A DNA stretch of 20,000 nucleotides from Catajapyx aquilonaris (Eukaryota), in assembly GCA_000934665.2 (NCBI GenBank), contig KZ538366.1, positions 60,291-80,290 of the forward strand. The letters are read 5' to 3'. Position numbers and translations under genes: made by a program. The notes below the pieces were generated by a model. That model was not told where the DNA came from. It made no database searches and saw only the letters and a list, made by a program, of their open reading frames with translations. Shown here piece by piece: positions 1 through 11,215 of this stretch (the stretch's first letter is position 1; the number at the start of each line of letters is the position of its first letter).

Positions 1-252
1 TTCCGCATTGTTCCAGCAAAGATTATTTATAGTCGTTACCGCAATGTTGTCACGTTGCCAGGTGAAATTTGGCAGCATTGCTTTCCCCCCCCCCCCCCCN
101 NNNNNNNNNNNNNNNNNNNNNNNNNNNNNNNNNNNNNNNNNNNNNNNNNNNNNNNNNNNNNNNNNCCCCCCCAAAAAATATCTCCAAAAAGTTCTTTCAG
201 AAGCCTCTCAGCCTCCGAGACGTTTGGACCAGATTTTTTTTTTTTTTTTTTT

Positions 253-356
253 TTTCAAATATTGGCGGGCATCGTGCATCAAAAAAAGACCCCTTCTGAT
301 TGGTCGCTTCCCCTGATGAAACCTGGAATCCGATTGGCTCCTAAGCCCAATTGAAA
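253..356 (+). promoter_or_regulatory. Putative cell-cycle-type promoter of SSX2IP (CCAAT boxes, E2F-like and CHR-like words)
   Basis: ATTGG at 261, 299 and 333, CCAAT at 347, TTGGCGGG at 262-269 and TTCAAA (reverse CHR) at ~254-259. Short motifs only. Confidence 0.35.
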
Positions 357-542
357 TACGGTAATAATTACAGTCGTTTTTAAAAACAACAACAATTTGG
401 CCCTGGAATTAATTTATTATGTTTAAATAATTGTAGTCTTAATAATGAGAGGTGTGGGTTTGTGGAGCTGGGCCTAGTTATGCAATTCTGGACCAAAATT
501 ATGATGACCTTCACACATGTCAAGTACTCTGTGCGCTCCTAG

Positions 543-925
543 TGTAATTGTTGGTCTAATTGCAAGTGTAATTGTTGGTCTAATAACCACTGTAATTGTT
601 GGTCTAATTGCCCCCCCCCCCCCAGTGGGTAACTGTTGTCTAATTGCCATTGCAAGGCACATTGCAATTGTTGTCTAATTGCCAGCAGTGCAATAATTGT
701 TGTCTAATTGCCCCCAGTGGGTCAATTGTTGTCTAATTGCCATTGCAATTGTTGTCTAATTGCCACCCTAATTGTTGTCTAATTGCAATTGCAATTGTTG
801 TCTAATTGCCACCCTAATTGTTGTGTAATTGCCATTGCAATTGTTGTGCAATTGCCACCCTAATTGTTGTCTAATTTCCACCCTAATTGTTGTGTAATTG
901 CCACCCTAATTGTTGTGTGATTGCA
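543..925. repeat. Degenerate minisatellite built on TAATTGTTGTCTAATTGC(CACCC/CATTG) units
   Basis: More than a dozen visible recurrences of AATTGTTG(T/G) followed by TAATTGC, ending just before the SSX2IP ATG/acceptor at 936/937. Confidence 0.9.
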
Positions 926-936
926 GCAATTATTAG

Positions 937-3900
937 ATGATGGCCAGCAGTGCGCCTTCGCCACGTCGCAACTCGTTGTCGACGGCTAACGTCTGCACTG
1001 GTGACAATGTGGAGCAGGTGTTTGACGTGGTGTCGCGTGAGTTCTACGCGCTTGGGTACTACGACTCATCGGGCGGGGTGTCGTCCAACGGGGGTAAGCC
1101 GGACTTGGTCGCGCTTCTCAACGGGGCGATGGCGATGCTGAGGCAGGTGCGTCGGAGCGAGATGCATCGGGAGGAACTGCAGCAGCGGTTGAACCGTGCG
1201 AACTCGGATATGCAGCATCTTCAGAAGGTGCGGGACTACCTAAAAGAACAGCTGGCGTCGAAGGAGAAAGAGGTGGCCGAAGCGCAAGAGAAGGAACGGC
1301 AATCCAGCCAACAATCGGCTGAATTGCAACTGGAGCTGAAATCCAAAAAAGCACAGGTCGTATCAAAATGTACGCTTCGTACATGTTTGAATCTACATGT
1401 CCAGTATAATTGCAGGTGGCGCAACTGGTGTGCTCGCAACAGCATCGGGAGATCCAGTTTCAGCATGAGCTGCGGAAGACGTCGAGCGAGAACCAGCGTA
1501 TGAAGGAGCATCTTCACCGCAGCATGGCTAACAAGAAGGCGGAAGCTGCATTGGGAATGGAAATACTTAATCCGGGCGGACGAGGAACACTGTCGGGGCC
1601 GTGCAAGCGGTTGCAATGGAAAACCGAAGCATCGCTCGCAAAGTAACGACATTACAAACATTACTAAACAATTGTAATGTTATCATGAAAATGGACTTAG
1701 GGGACTTTGGAATCACTCGTCAATATTACGAGATGACTGAAATTGTAATAATTGCAGGGTCGAACAACAGGTTGATCTGGATGTGATTCGGATGCTGGAG
1801 CGTCGTCAGCAGGAGTTCGTCGAGGAAAACCATTCGCTGTTGGGGCTTCTGACGACTGCGACTCATCACATGCACATTTGGACCAGGAGGATGTCGGATT
1901 TGCTGAAGGTACCGGTATGATCGGAATATACAGCAGTTGTACTTTATTTGGCGTACATAACAGCGTGAAGGGTCAGAGTGGCGTACATTGTAACCAGGAA
2001 GGTTAAGCTAGTGGCGCTGCTGGCCTCTATCGGCATCGTTTCATTGGCGTGGATGACCCGAGGTATGCAGTGACCCTCTGGAGTGAGCTCGTCCGCAAAT
2101 GTAGCCGTCGACTGCTCCGGATCGCCAACGCATTTACCGGACTCCAATAGCGACTGGTGATACTCAGATTCAGTTCCGTTTCCACGTGCGACCATAACGA
2201 GCCAGCCCAACTCGTCACATTCGCATCTGAACACATTTTGGGACACCGATACATTTCGGAAGGACGCGACGTCCGGATGGAGCGAACCAGGCTCGGCCAG
2301 ATGAACGTAGTTGCCGTTCATTACGAGCGTTTCGCCGGAGACACGCTCAAACGCACCTGTCGCCAAGTGATAAAACACGTTGCTGCTTATGTTCACCAAC
2401 TGCGATTGAACCTTGAGTGCGCCAGGCTCCACCGGTTCCTCCACACTATTGGAGCTGAATTCAAACTGGGTTGATGTCACCTCGACCGATCCGGCCTCGA
2501 GGTGAATAATGTGGCAGCCGTTAAATGTGACATGAGTTGCGTCCAGCTTAAGTCCGCCTGTTTGTACGTTGAAAAAGTACGAACCGGCTATGTACACATG
2601 GCTTGTCTCGTTTAACGGTGGCGACACTTGAATCGCGCCCGGTGCAACTATCCGCACCGAGCAATTCACTAACTGAAAGCTACGTGCCAGTATGTCGCTA
2701 AATGCGCCTGGCGATATTGTACCGATTTCCGTGTTTTCAAATGCGACCGATTGCGGCTCGTACGATTGGATCGCAAACGTTTGAGTTGGGATCTCCGGTA
2801 TGTACTCGATGTTTTGGAACGCAACCAGAACTGTCGAGGTGAACGCGCCTGGCGAGAGATCGACTCGCGCTATGTCACGAAGGCGTACAAACGGTACGTG
2901 AACCGTCACAGGCGGGATGGAAACCTCAGCGCAGCCGGACAACGACAGTTCCAGAACGTCATCCGGAATGTGGAAGTTGAGCGATCCGAGATGCACAACC
3001 TGTCGGAAACATTTAATTAGAATCGACTTGGGTCTAATTAGTGCGTACTTACAGATATGTTGGCGTCACAATTGCAGTCGATACTGATGAGCCCGAATTC
3101 CTCGGCGCAATTGCAAATGTGCAGATCGCAAAGTGAACCTTCCGCATTGTTACAGGCGGCAACGAGAAGGATTAATAGAATGAGCGGCATTGTTTTGCTG
3201 CCGAAATGCTTCATGCCACGCTTTCATTTAGTGTATGAGATTAGCCGTGGGGCAACCTCGTGATTAATTTGTTGCGTGGGATGAAAAGCATTGAACCAAT
3301 TTGATTACTTTATTTCGGGAGGGGGAGGCCACGGGAGGGGAAAATGGTTTTGTTGACGCTCACTTTTTTTATTGATAAAACCAGTTTTAGTGCTCGTCAT
3401 TCTACAAGTGTCGAGCAGGTGGTGCTGCACAGCTTCCTGTGATTGCATGCTGTTGGAGGGAGAGATAAGTCTGCGAAGAATATATTACTTCCTGTGGTCG
3501 GTCCGTACACAATTTTGCTTTACTAATCAAAAGCCACTGCACAACATTTTCAAGTTTGTATCGGCACATTTGTACCTAAAACAACATTGCAAGCACCCAA
3601 AGAATAATCGAGTTAATACATGTTACAATCGCACTGGCCGCAGATTTTTCATTGTTTTTCGGGCAGGCTGTTGTTGTCGAGATTGTCGGTTTCGATTGCG
3701 AACTGGTGCCTCCTTCCTTGTTGCATAGGTCCAAAGCGATCTTGATTTTCTCGCCAGAGTTGCAGTCGTTGTCGTTGACCAGCTTCAGGAACAGTTTGTC
3801 GTACTGTGTGTTCATGAACTCGGCTTGCATACCTTTCAGTACCCAAGGAAGCATATTGCAATCGCATGGAAACTTGTTCCCAGCCAGTTCGACCGTCTGC

Positions 3901-6488
3901 GAACGTACCTCAAACGGAGCGTCCACGTCTCTGATTGTGTTGCTGTTCATCGTGAAGAGCGAAGAGTTGATTTGAAATGCGCCTCGTTCGATTATCTGCA
4001 AAGTGCTGTTTGAAATATGGAACGTGTGGACGCTGATTTGGAATGCGCCAGATTCGACTAGCTGTACTTTTGAATCTTGAAGTACGAACGAAGCGTCTTG
4101 CGACATCGTTGCTTTCACAGCGCCCGATTGAAACGCCCCGATTTTGCAGTTGCGGAACTCGATATTCCCGATCAAGAAGGCCTCGTCGAACGTGTCGCCT
4201 CCGACGTACCCAATATACGAGTCCAAATACGTGACGTTGCTCATATGCTGCGGATTGATCAACATATTCTCGGTGACATTAGTGTCCTTCACGTTCTCAA
4301 CCAGCAAATGAACTTCGGAGCTGAGGAACAACGCTTGTATGAGCAGCCGCTTAACGTTGAACACGTGCACATGATGAACCTTATCGAAGTAGAAGACGTC
4401 ACCAGCCAAAGTCACATTCTCGCAGGACGAGAAGGAAATGTTGACGGCCGTCGTTGGGATGCTGTAAGCTCCGATAACAATGTCGAATTCCTGGAAGAAC
4501 ACCAGTTCAAATGTTAACAATTTGCACACTTTTCCTTTATACGTAACTAGCGGTTTTAGCGAGATAATTACTGATATTGAAATGTAAATCATGTCGACAT
4601 GGCTTTAGACAACTCGTGCCTACTGCGACTGAAATAATACCTGATGATCAGAAGGACACTTGCAGTCTATCGTCACCGGAGCCTCATCATCCGGAAAACA
4701 CTGACAACCGCTCTCCAGGCACATGTGAATCTTACTCTCAACCCGATGCGAGACCGCAATCGCAACGATCAGCAGTACGAAAAGCACTATGCACGACATG
4801 ATGTCAGAATGGCACAAAAAGGCACTACGGTTTTGATTTTATAAAAACAATATACTTCGGAAAGAGCAGGAAGTGGGAAGCATTGGTCAAGACGGCTGCA
4901 CCAAGGAGGAAATAACTTGCAAAAAATGTGAGCCGCACGGATTTTCAGTTGCGTGATAGACTAATAAAATATCCAAGCATTGCATGGTGCGATTACTGTA
5001 CCTGATTATTCGGTGTGCACTTGCAGTCTATAGTCAGTGGAGACGAGTCGTTCGGAAGACACTGGCATCCGCTTTGCAGACAGATGTTCCCCTTGTTTTC
5101 CACCTGATACAACGAGTGACACGAGACGATGACTGCCGCCACCACGACAAGAACGAAGCGTGACATGTTGTCGGAATGGCGCAAAAGCAGCAATGACTTT
5201 TTTTTTTAAGGGCTACTCCAAGAGGAGCCTTCCAAAGGCAGGAAGTGGTGAACTTCCGCTCTTAGTTGGCTGTGGTTTTTATTTTATTGCTATTAGTCAC
5301 ATACGTAGGCTAAACCGGAATGATTTTGACCACATCCTGTTTGCTGCAGATTCATTCTCGTTAATATGAATTCTCCATAATTTTTTATAGGAAGAAGAGC
5401 AGAGTACTTGTGAGAACGGAGCGGTTTCCGTCGACAGCATGCCGAGCCAGCTGGTCAAGGGAAAGGTCACAAGGGTCATCAGAAAGTGCGACGAGACCTG
5501 CGAGAGAGCAGCCGAGTACGCCGCAAACAGTCAGTTCCATTTGATTCGATTCATTAAGGTTAATCAGAAATCTCAGTACGTTGGAAATAATGTACAAAAA
5601 AAAGTTATGTCCCCACCGAATTGCGGCTTCGGGAATTTGAATGCCGCACTTACGACTTTCTGAGGCAAACCTTTTAAGGAAATAAATTTATGCGCTTCCT
5701 GCCTTTATGCAACTACTGACTTTTTAATAACTGTGCAATTGAAGAATTACGATCCGTTGAATCCGCGGCATTGGAACATTTGCGCTGATGAATTACATGA
5801 AACCGCATAATCCGTCATCGATTTTATATCGATCTAATGCGTACTTTTGTTCTCAAGGACTGGCCTCGTTGGAGTCGGAATTGGAGAAGTACGAGCATAA
5901 GGAGCACGAGTGGAAGGAAATCATGGCGAAGTATCTGGACAACCCACTCGGACAAGGTACTGTGTTGTTGATTGTTGTCATGCCGATTTTAATGTACCCG
6001 GCCAAGTAGGTCCGTGCGGGGATGATAATGCGAACGTGGCCTTCCTACACGACGCTTATATCCTGGAAGAGAAGACGCAGTTTGAGCAGGAAAAGCAGGA
6101 GCTGGAGAGGGAGAAGCTGCGGCTAGCCGAGGAGAGACGGACTTATACGGACTCATTCAGCCAGCTCTACGTCGAGGTCGGTTTATCGCAACTTCTGTAC
6201 CGCATTTTTCCCTAACGTCTTTTTAATCTCATGTAGAAAGAGGCGTTTCGTCAGCAGAAGATGAAGTTCTTTCTGTCGCAATTCTGCCAGACTCCAGCCG
6301 GACGCAGCAACGATAATCCGTGGTACACGCCTCCTTGTCGGACGCCTGGAGTCGTCCGGATCACCTCGGAGAACAACACTCCAGCGACTAGCCCCACTGC
6401 CAAATCTAGAACCCGAGGACACTGGTCCGCCCCTCCTTCCACGGCCAGGTCGAGGCTCAAGTTCTCGCCAACCGACGATACCGACTGA
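937..6488 (+). CDS. SSX2IP: Afadin- and alpha-actinin-binding protein (SSX2IP/ADIP/Msd1)-like centrosomal coiled-coil protein, ~486 aa; exons 937-1356, 1416-1642, 1758-1914 (alternative donor after 1908), 5391-5529, 5858-5956, 6010-6176, 6237-6488
   Basis: All six introns are GT..AG and phase-consistent (0,2,0,1,1,0); spliced length 1461 nt = 487 codons. Motifs recalled from the ADIP family: CTGDNVEQ..REFYALGY, QFQHELRK..ENQRMKEHL, GMEILN..QWKTE, RRQQEFVEENHSL, FLHDAYILEEK..EERRTYTD. A short upstream coding exon (517-543, MSSTLCAPS, donor at 544, acceptor TAG at 934-936) is possible but unsupported. Confidence 0.85.
1944..3190 (-). CDS. LRR-like secreted, probably GPI-anchored cell-surface protein, paralogue A (~397 aa); exons 3190-3053 and 2999-1944; nested in SSX2IP intron 3
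   Basis: Exon 1 translates as MPLILLILLVAACNNAEG-SLCDLHICNCAEEFGLISIDCNCDANIS (signal peptide + Cys cap) followed by donor GTAAGT; 53-bp intron ending ttccgacAG; exon 2 has repeats of the type NxxIxxIxPGAF, an LRRCT-like NVFRCECDELGW..C..C and a hydrophobic C-terminus preceded by small residues (EASSA). Confidence 0.85.
3576..4799 (-). CDS. LRR-like secreted, probably GPI-anchored protein, paralogue B (~357 aa); exons 4799-4641 and 4490-3576; nested in SSX2IP intron 3
   Basis: Exon 1 MSCIVLFVLLIVAIAVSHRVESKIHMCLESGCQCFPDDEAPVTIDCKCPSDHQ then GTATTA; acceptor ttcttccAG at 4492-4491; exon 2 repeats (NCKIGAFQSGAV, DSKVQLVESGAF, NSTLQIIERGAF), NKFPCDCNMLPW, Ser/Thr linker and hydrophobic tail IILWVLAMLF. 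Minus-strand AATAAA at 3373-3368 and 3314-3309. Confidence 0.85.
5002..5166 (-). CDS. Orphan duplicated first exon (signal peptide + Cys-rich N-cap, 55 codons) of the LRR-GPI family; candidate alternative first exon for paralogue B
   Basis: MSRFVLVVVAAVIVSCHSLYQVENKGNICLQSGCQCLPNDSSPLTIDCKCTPNNQ with intact ATG and phase-0 donor CAG|GTACAG; 17/27 identities with B exon 1 over the Cys cap; no body exon between 5002 and the B promoter region. Confidence 0.75.
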
Positions 6489-7563
6489 TTGTGATCTAAT
6501 GAATATTTTTACACTTTAGCAATAAGAACAATCGAGGTGCGTTGGGCAGCGTACATATCTATGCATTTCATTGTGATTAATTCGGCTGCCTTAAAGTTCG
6601 TCCCGAGTTGACTGATGTGCGGCCTTGTACGCAAGGTTAAGTCAATCCCATTTGGGGACAGTTTAACATGTGCTCGTCGCAATGGATAGTTCAATTTTTA
6701 CGCCCATATTGTCAGATTAATATTTATTGCCAAGTACTTGTTCATTAATTGTTGAGTACGTGAAGAAATTAATATCGTTTGCTAGCCCATTTGGCATCGA
6801 CGCATTTGCACACCGATAATAACTTTTTGAGTGTGTTCGCTACGTGAAATGCGCTTATCCGCGTCCTTTTCACGCTAAAGCCGTGTACGCTAAGCGTTGC
6901 TCAACTTTGTATATAATTATGTGTAACGAGAACGGCGACTTTTTTTTTTGTACAGGATTTAAATTGAAAAAAAAAACGTCTATTTATGTACCTCTTTTTT
7001 GCAAAGTAATAATTACAGTACTGAGCTATTTTTCGTGCATTTTCTTTGCTGGTACCTTCGCCAAGTAACAATGGCTTGAGAACCATGGCCTCATCGATTT
7101 ATTTAAAAAGCGTGACGACTTGGGGAAAACAATTGGTTTAATAGCATCCAGCCATTGTTTCCTGCTCGGTAGTTACAGTTGGGGAATTGGACACGCATTA
7201 TTCAATTAGCAACACATGCCATTAATATTTAGCAATTTCGGGTGCGATTGCCCAATTCCAGCAGTACTTAACCGCCAGCCGTACTTAACCGTAAGTACTT
7301 GCTCGAGTCGCGCTCTACAAAATTTTCTGAAATGAGGCTGTCGGTTTCGTTTTATTCTGGATAAATGCGGATACATTGGGTCGTCAGGTAGAAGGATCGA
7401 CAGCAAACTTTATTTTCGTGCATTAAAAGCAGCCATTACATGCATGAACGTTTCCGTTTGGATAAAGCAGAATCTTCGATTGCACAGTGTACGACCTGAC
7501 GTAACGGCCAAAGCGCTAACGAGTTGTCGTAATGTACGGGAAATCCAATTGTCGCATCCGGTG

Positions 7564-8943
7564 TTAGAAACGTATGGTAATCCACAGCAACGTTATGGTT
7601 AGGAATGTTGCGGATGGAGCATCGGCTCCACATTTGCTGACTTGCGGTGCGGGCGTTGACGACGTTTTGGTTCGTCTTTTTGCCTTTGTTGCTGTGGTTG
7701 GCTTTGTTGTTGTGATTCGCTTTGTTCGCACTGAAGGCGGCGGGGTTGAAACCGTAGTTGTTGTCATGTCGGCCATACAATTGTCGATGTCAAGTTTCAT
7801 AATATTTTTCGTTTGCGTGCACCAGTTGTTGTACACAAAGTCCGGGTACGTACCAGTCTCACTAACAACGGCCATTATCCACATCACATGCTGGCAATCA
7901 CAGGGCAACGTGTTGTTGATGACCACCGATTTTTCAGATCTGACGTTAATCTGGCCGTCTAAATAGTCGAATCGATTGTTAACAAACGTAAAGGTAGTCA
8001 CGTTCAGCCAGAATGAATCAATTTCGGCCCAGTTGAACGTACTGTCCAGGAGCATGAATTCATGTATGTTCATGGCGAACGCGGCTGTGTGAGTCTTACT
8101 GACGATGCTATTGGTCATGATGAACATACCCAACGGAGCATAAGTTGCGTCAAATGCACCCGTTTCAATGGTTCCGATTTGCGTGTACCTGATCTCAACA
8201 CTTCCCAATTCCAACGCACGTTCAAACGCATTCCTTTCGATAACCCCAACGTTAACATTCCAAAAAGTGATGTTCGTCGTATAAAATCTGTTGGTCAGGA
8301 AGCCCTCCGTGAAGTTAAAGCTCCCTATGTTTTCCACCTGCAAATGTACATTCGACAAGAAGGTAACCCTCTGCATATGGAGATACTGCACGTTCTTGAT
8401 GCGGACCAGCTCCAGATCGGACGAGTTGAACCAGAAGGTGTCGATATTCAAATATTGACAACCCATGATGCTCAGGCTGACCGCATTTAGCGGAAACTCA
8501 TGCAGGTCATTGTGAAGAGTCATATTCTGGAGAAAAAAAAAATTATGTCATTCAGCAACGTAACGATGAATGAAAACCATAACGTACATTGGGTTTACAT
8601 CGGGGTTACATCAGGTTTACATCGGGTTTACATCGGGGTTACATCGGGTAAAACATAGCGCACTTTACGACGATGTACAAACGACGTAAAGTCCGCACCA
8701 TTTCAACAGATTGAGCTTAATTCCGAAACGCATCTGCGGTACCTCTAAGAGTACCGGTACAGTTAAAGTGACGTACAGAGCTAATATGTAAACTCTTACC
8801 TGTATTTCCGGGCTACATTTGCAGGCAATTATCACAGCGTCCTGGGCTTCTCCGACACATTCACACCCTTTCGTATCGCATATGCTCTCAGCGTCGGCCA
8901 GTATGTACGTGCCACACAGCACGATGAGTACGAGGCACCACAT
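7564..8943 (-). CDS. LRR-like secreted, probably GPI-anchored protein with Thr-rich stalk, paralogue D (~368 aa); exons 8943-8800 and 8526-7564
   Basis: Exon 1 MWCLVLIVLCGTYILADAESICDTKGCECVGEAQDAVIIACKCSPEIQ then GTAAGA; acceptor polyT-ctccAG at 8528-8527; repeats NVNVGVIERNAF, YTQIGTIETGAF; NTLPCDCQHVMW..NNWC; Thr/Pro/Lys-rich stalk; tail GADAPSATFLTITLLWITIRF. Minus-strand AATAAA at 7414-7409. Confidence 0.85.
8591..8649. repeat. 11-bp tandem repeat GGGTTTACATC, ~5 copies, in the intron of LRR paralogue D
   Basis: gggtttacatc ggggttacatc aggtttacatc gggtttacatc ggggttacatc gggt. Confidence 0.9.
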
Positions 8944-9612
8944 GGCTGCGTACAAACGCTGACTGTGAAGACTTGGAGCAGTGCAAACATGTAACTTTGG
9001 CCGTGGCGGAAAAGAAAAGACATTTTTTTTTTTACAAAAATATTGTCGGGTAGGACAGGAAGCAATTTCCTGGCATTTAAGTATGGCAATTAGACCTACA
9101 AGTCCGTGTTATTAGTTTCCTTTCTCTGCAATTTATTTGCAATATGCAACTATTTGCACGTACGTAATAACGCCTGTTGTCATCACGGACAATGTGCGAT
9201 TCGCTTTAAAATTACGCCTAGATCTGGACCGGTTTTTTGATAATTGTCATGCCGTTCTAATGAGCGACTTACTTCCTACGTGCTGGCGACTACGCTGCCT
9301 CATTTACCATGAAAGTACAAATCACGGCACGTGCTACGCAACAAGTCAATAAAAAGACTTGAACGTTGCTGCGGAAAAAGGCTCCCAATTTTATGGAGTC
9401 CTTCCTAGTTGCTCGCGGCTAGTTTACACATATTTGCTTCATTTCCCATGTAATGTGGCAAGCGGATTTTTACGTGAGTTAACAGTTGCGGACCATTTCG
9501 ATGCGGATGCCGCATTTTTTTGTGTACATATCCTTGCAATTATTGCCCTTGAAGATTTAAGGTACTTAGAAAATGGAGTATGTACAAAATGAGCCTCTTT
9601 ATTTGCGGATGA

Positions 9613-10192
9613 TCATGATGTTTTGTTTATAGCAGGGTGTGCCATGCGGAATAGTTGTCCGTTCCGTCCGTTCCTGATGGCCAGCTGCTCCGCTGTGTCT
9701 CCGGCCATGTTCTTGATTGTCGCGTCCACATGCGGATTCATCAGCAGCACCTCGATTGTCTTAGTCGCGTTGTGAGCCGCAGCCAGATGCAACGGGGTCT
9801 GTCCGCCACTGGTGAGCCCGTTAACGTTAGCGCCACGGTTCATCAGCAGATCCACACACTCGTACTGATCCCACCTGCAAAGTACGACCATCAGTACAAC
9901 ATCCGCAATGGGTACGGAAAGGGGCGTACCTGGCAGCCGAATGCAACGGCTGCCACCCGTCGTTGGTGCAGGCGCTGGCGTCCGCACCGCTGAACAGCAG
10001 GAAATCCACGACCTCCCTGTGCCCGTTGTAGCAAGCCCGATGCAGCGGAGTGTACCCGTCGGAGTCCCTCGACTCAGCCAGGAGACCCAGGTGCTCCTTG
10101 ACCTTCTGGAGGTCACCCGCTTCGGACGCCTTCAGAAGCGGATCCGACTCATCCTCGTAATCGTCCTCACTCGAACTCGACTCGACCTGCAT
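9613..10192 (-). CDS. ANKRD49: Ankyrin repeat domain-containing protein 49-like (~174 aa); exons 10192-9930 and 9874-9613
   Basis: Ankyrin repeats DSDGYTPLHRACYNGH, TNDGWQPLHSAARW, TSGGQTPLHLAAAH..IEVLLMNP match the recalled ANKRD49 pattern, with an acidic N-terminus; 55-bp phase-2 GT-AG intron; AATAAA at 9603-9598. Start at 10192 is inferred from an acceptor at 10195-10194 and a non-coding upstream exon ending at 11457 (AAG|GTAAGT). Confidence 0.85.
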
Positions 10193-10225
10193 CCTTCGAG
10201 ACAAAGAAACCATTGGGTTCACTAT

Positions 10226-11215
10226 ATGCTGTTGCCATGTGCAAACAAACACACAAACTTTCCGTTATATACGTGTAAATTTTGCATGTTTCATGGATTG
10301 TATTGTACCCAGTTTTACATTAATTGCGTAATTGTTGCCATGGCAAGCCATTGCTATGGTATGCTGTTGCCACGGTAGGCCGGTAGCTGTTAACATGGAT
10401 CATCGCAATGGACTCCCGTGGCAACAACTTGTCATGTTAAGCCGTTGCCATGATAAGCTGTTGCCATGCATGACAATGGCTTATCATGGCTACGGCTTAA
10501 CATGACAACGGCCATGATAAGCCGTTGCCATGCTATCCCGTTGCCATGATAAGCCGTTGGCATGCTAAGCTGTTGGCATGGACAAACAAACACACAAACT
10601 TTCCGTTATATACGTGTAAATTTTGCATGTTTCATGGATTGTATTGTACCCAGTTTTACATTAATTGTGTAATTGTTGCCATGGCAAGCCATTGCTATGG
10701 TATGCTGTTGCCACGGTAGGCCGGTAGCCGTTAACATGGATCATCGCAACGGACTACCGTGGCGACAGCTTGTCATGTTAAGCTGTTGCCATGCATGACA
10801 ATGGCTTATCATGGCTACGGCTTAACATGACAACGGCCATGCTAAGCTGTTGGCATGGACAAACAAACACACAAACTTTCCGTTATATACGTGTAAATTT
10901 TGCATGTTTCATGGATTGTATCGTACCCAGTTTTACATTAATTGCGTAATTGTTGCCATGGCAAGCCGTTGCTATGGTATGCTGTTGCCACGGTAGGCCG
11001 GTAGCCGTCAACATGGCAACGGCTTATCATCGCAACGGACTACCGTGGCGACAGCTTGTCATGTTAAGCCGTTGCCATGATAAGCTGTTGCCATGCATGA
11101 CAATGGCTCATCATGGCAACGGCTTAACATGACAGCAGCCATGATAAGCCGTTGCCATGCTATCCCATTGCCATGCCAAGCTGTTGGCATGGACAAACAA
11201 ACACACAAACTTCAC
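10226..11215. repeat. Higher-order tandem repeat: ~3 units of 341, 277 and 334 bp built from ~16-bp palindromic GTTGCCATGGCAA-like subunits
   Basis: Anchor CAAACAAACACACAAACTT recurs at 10242, 10583, 10860 and 11194; GTTGCCATGGCAAG at 10334, 10675 and 10952. Confidence 0.92.

Noticed and set aside
8..354. ORFs spanning the N gap (also 19530-19999)
   Set aside because: Open only because of Ns and homopolymers.
3576..4592. Single-exon reading of LRR paralogue B (and likewise A and D) from the ORF track
   Set aside because: The ORF starts lack signal peptides; the real N-termini are on separate upstream exons with canonical splice sites.
6500..7430. Short ORFs between SSX2IP and paralogue D
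   Set aside because: AT-rich, no exon chain or family motif; consistent with UTR and intergenic sequence.
10226..11215. Repeat array as a CRISPR locus
   Set aside because: Eukaryotic intron-rich context, no unique spacers and no cas genes; the units are tandem duplicates. The ORFs at 10525, 10950 and 11093 are repeat artefacts.
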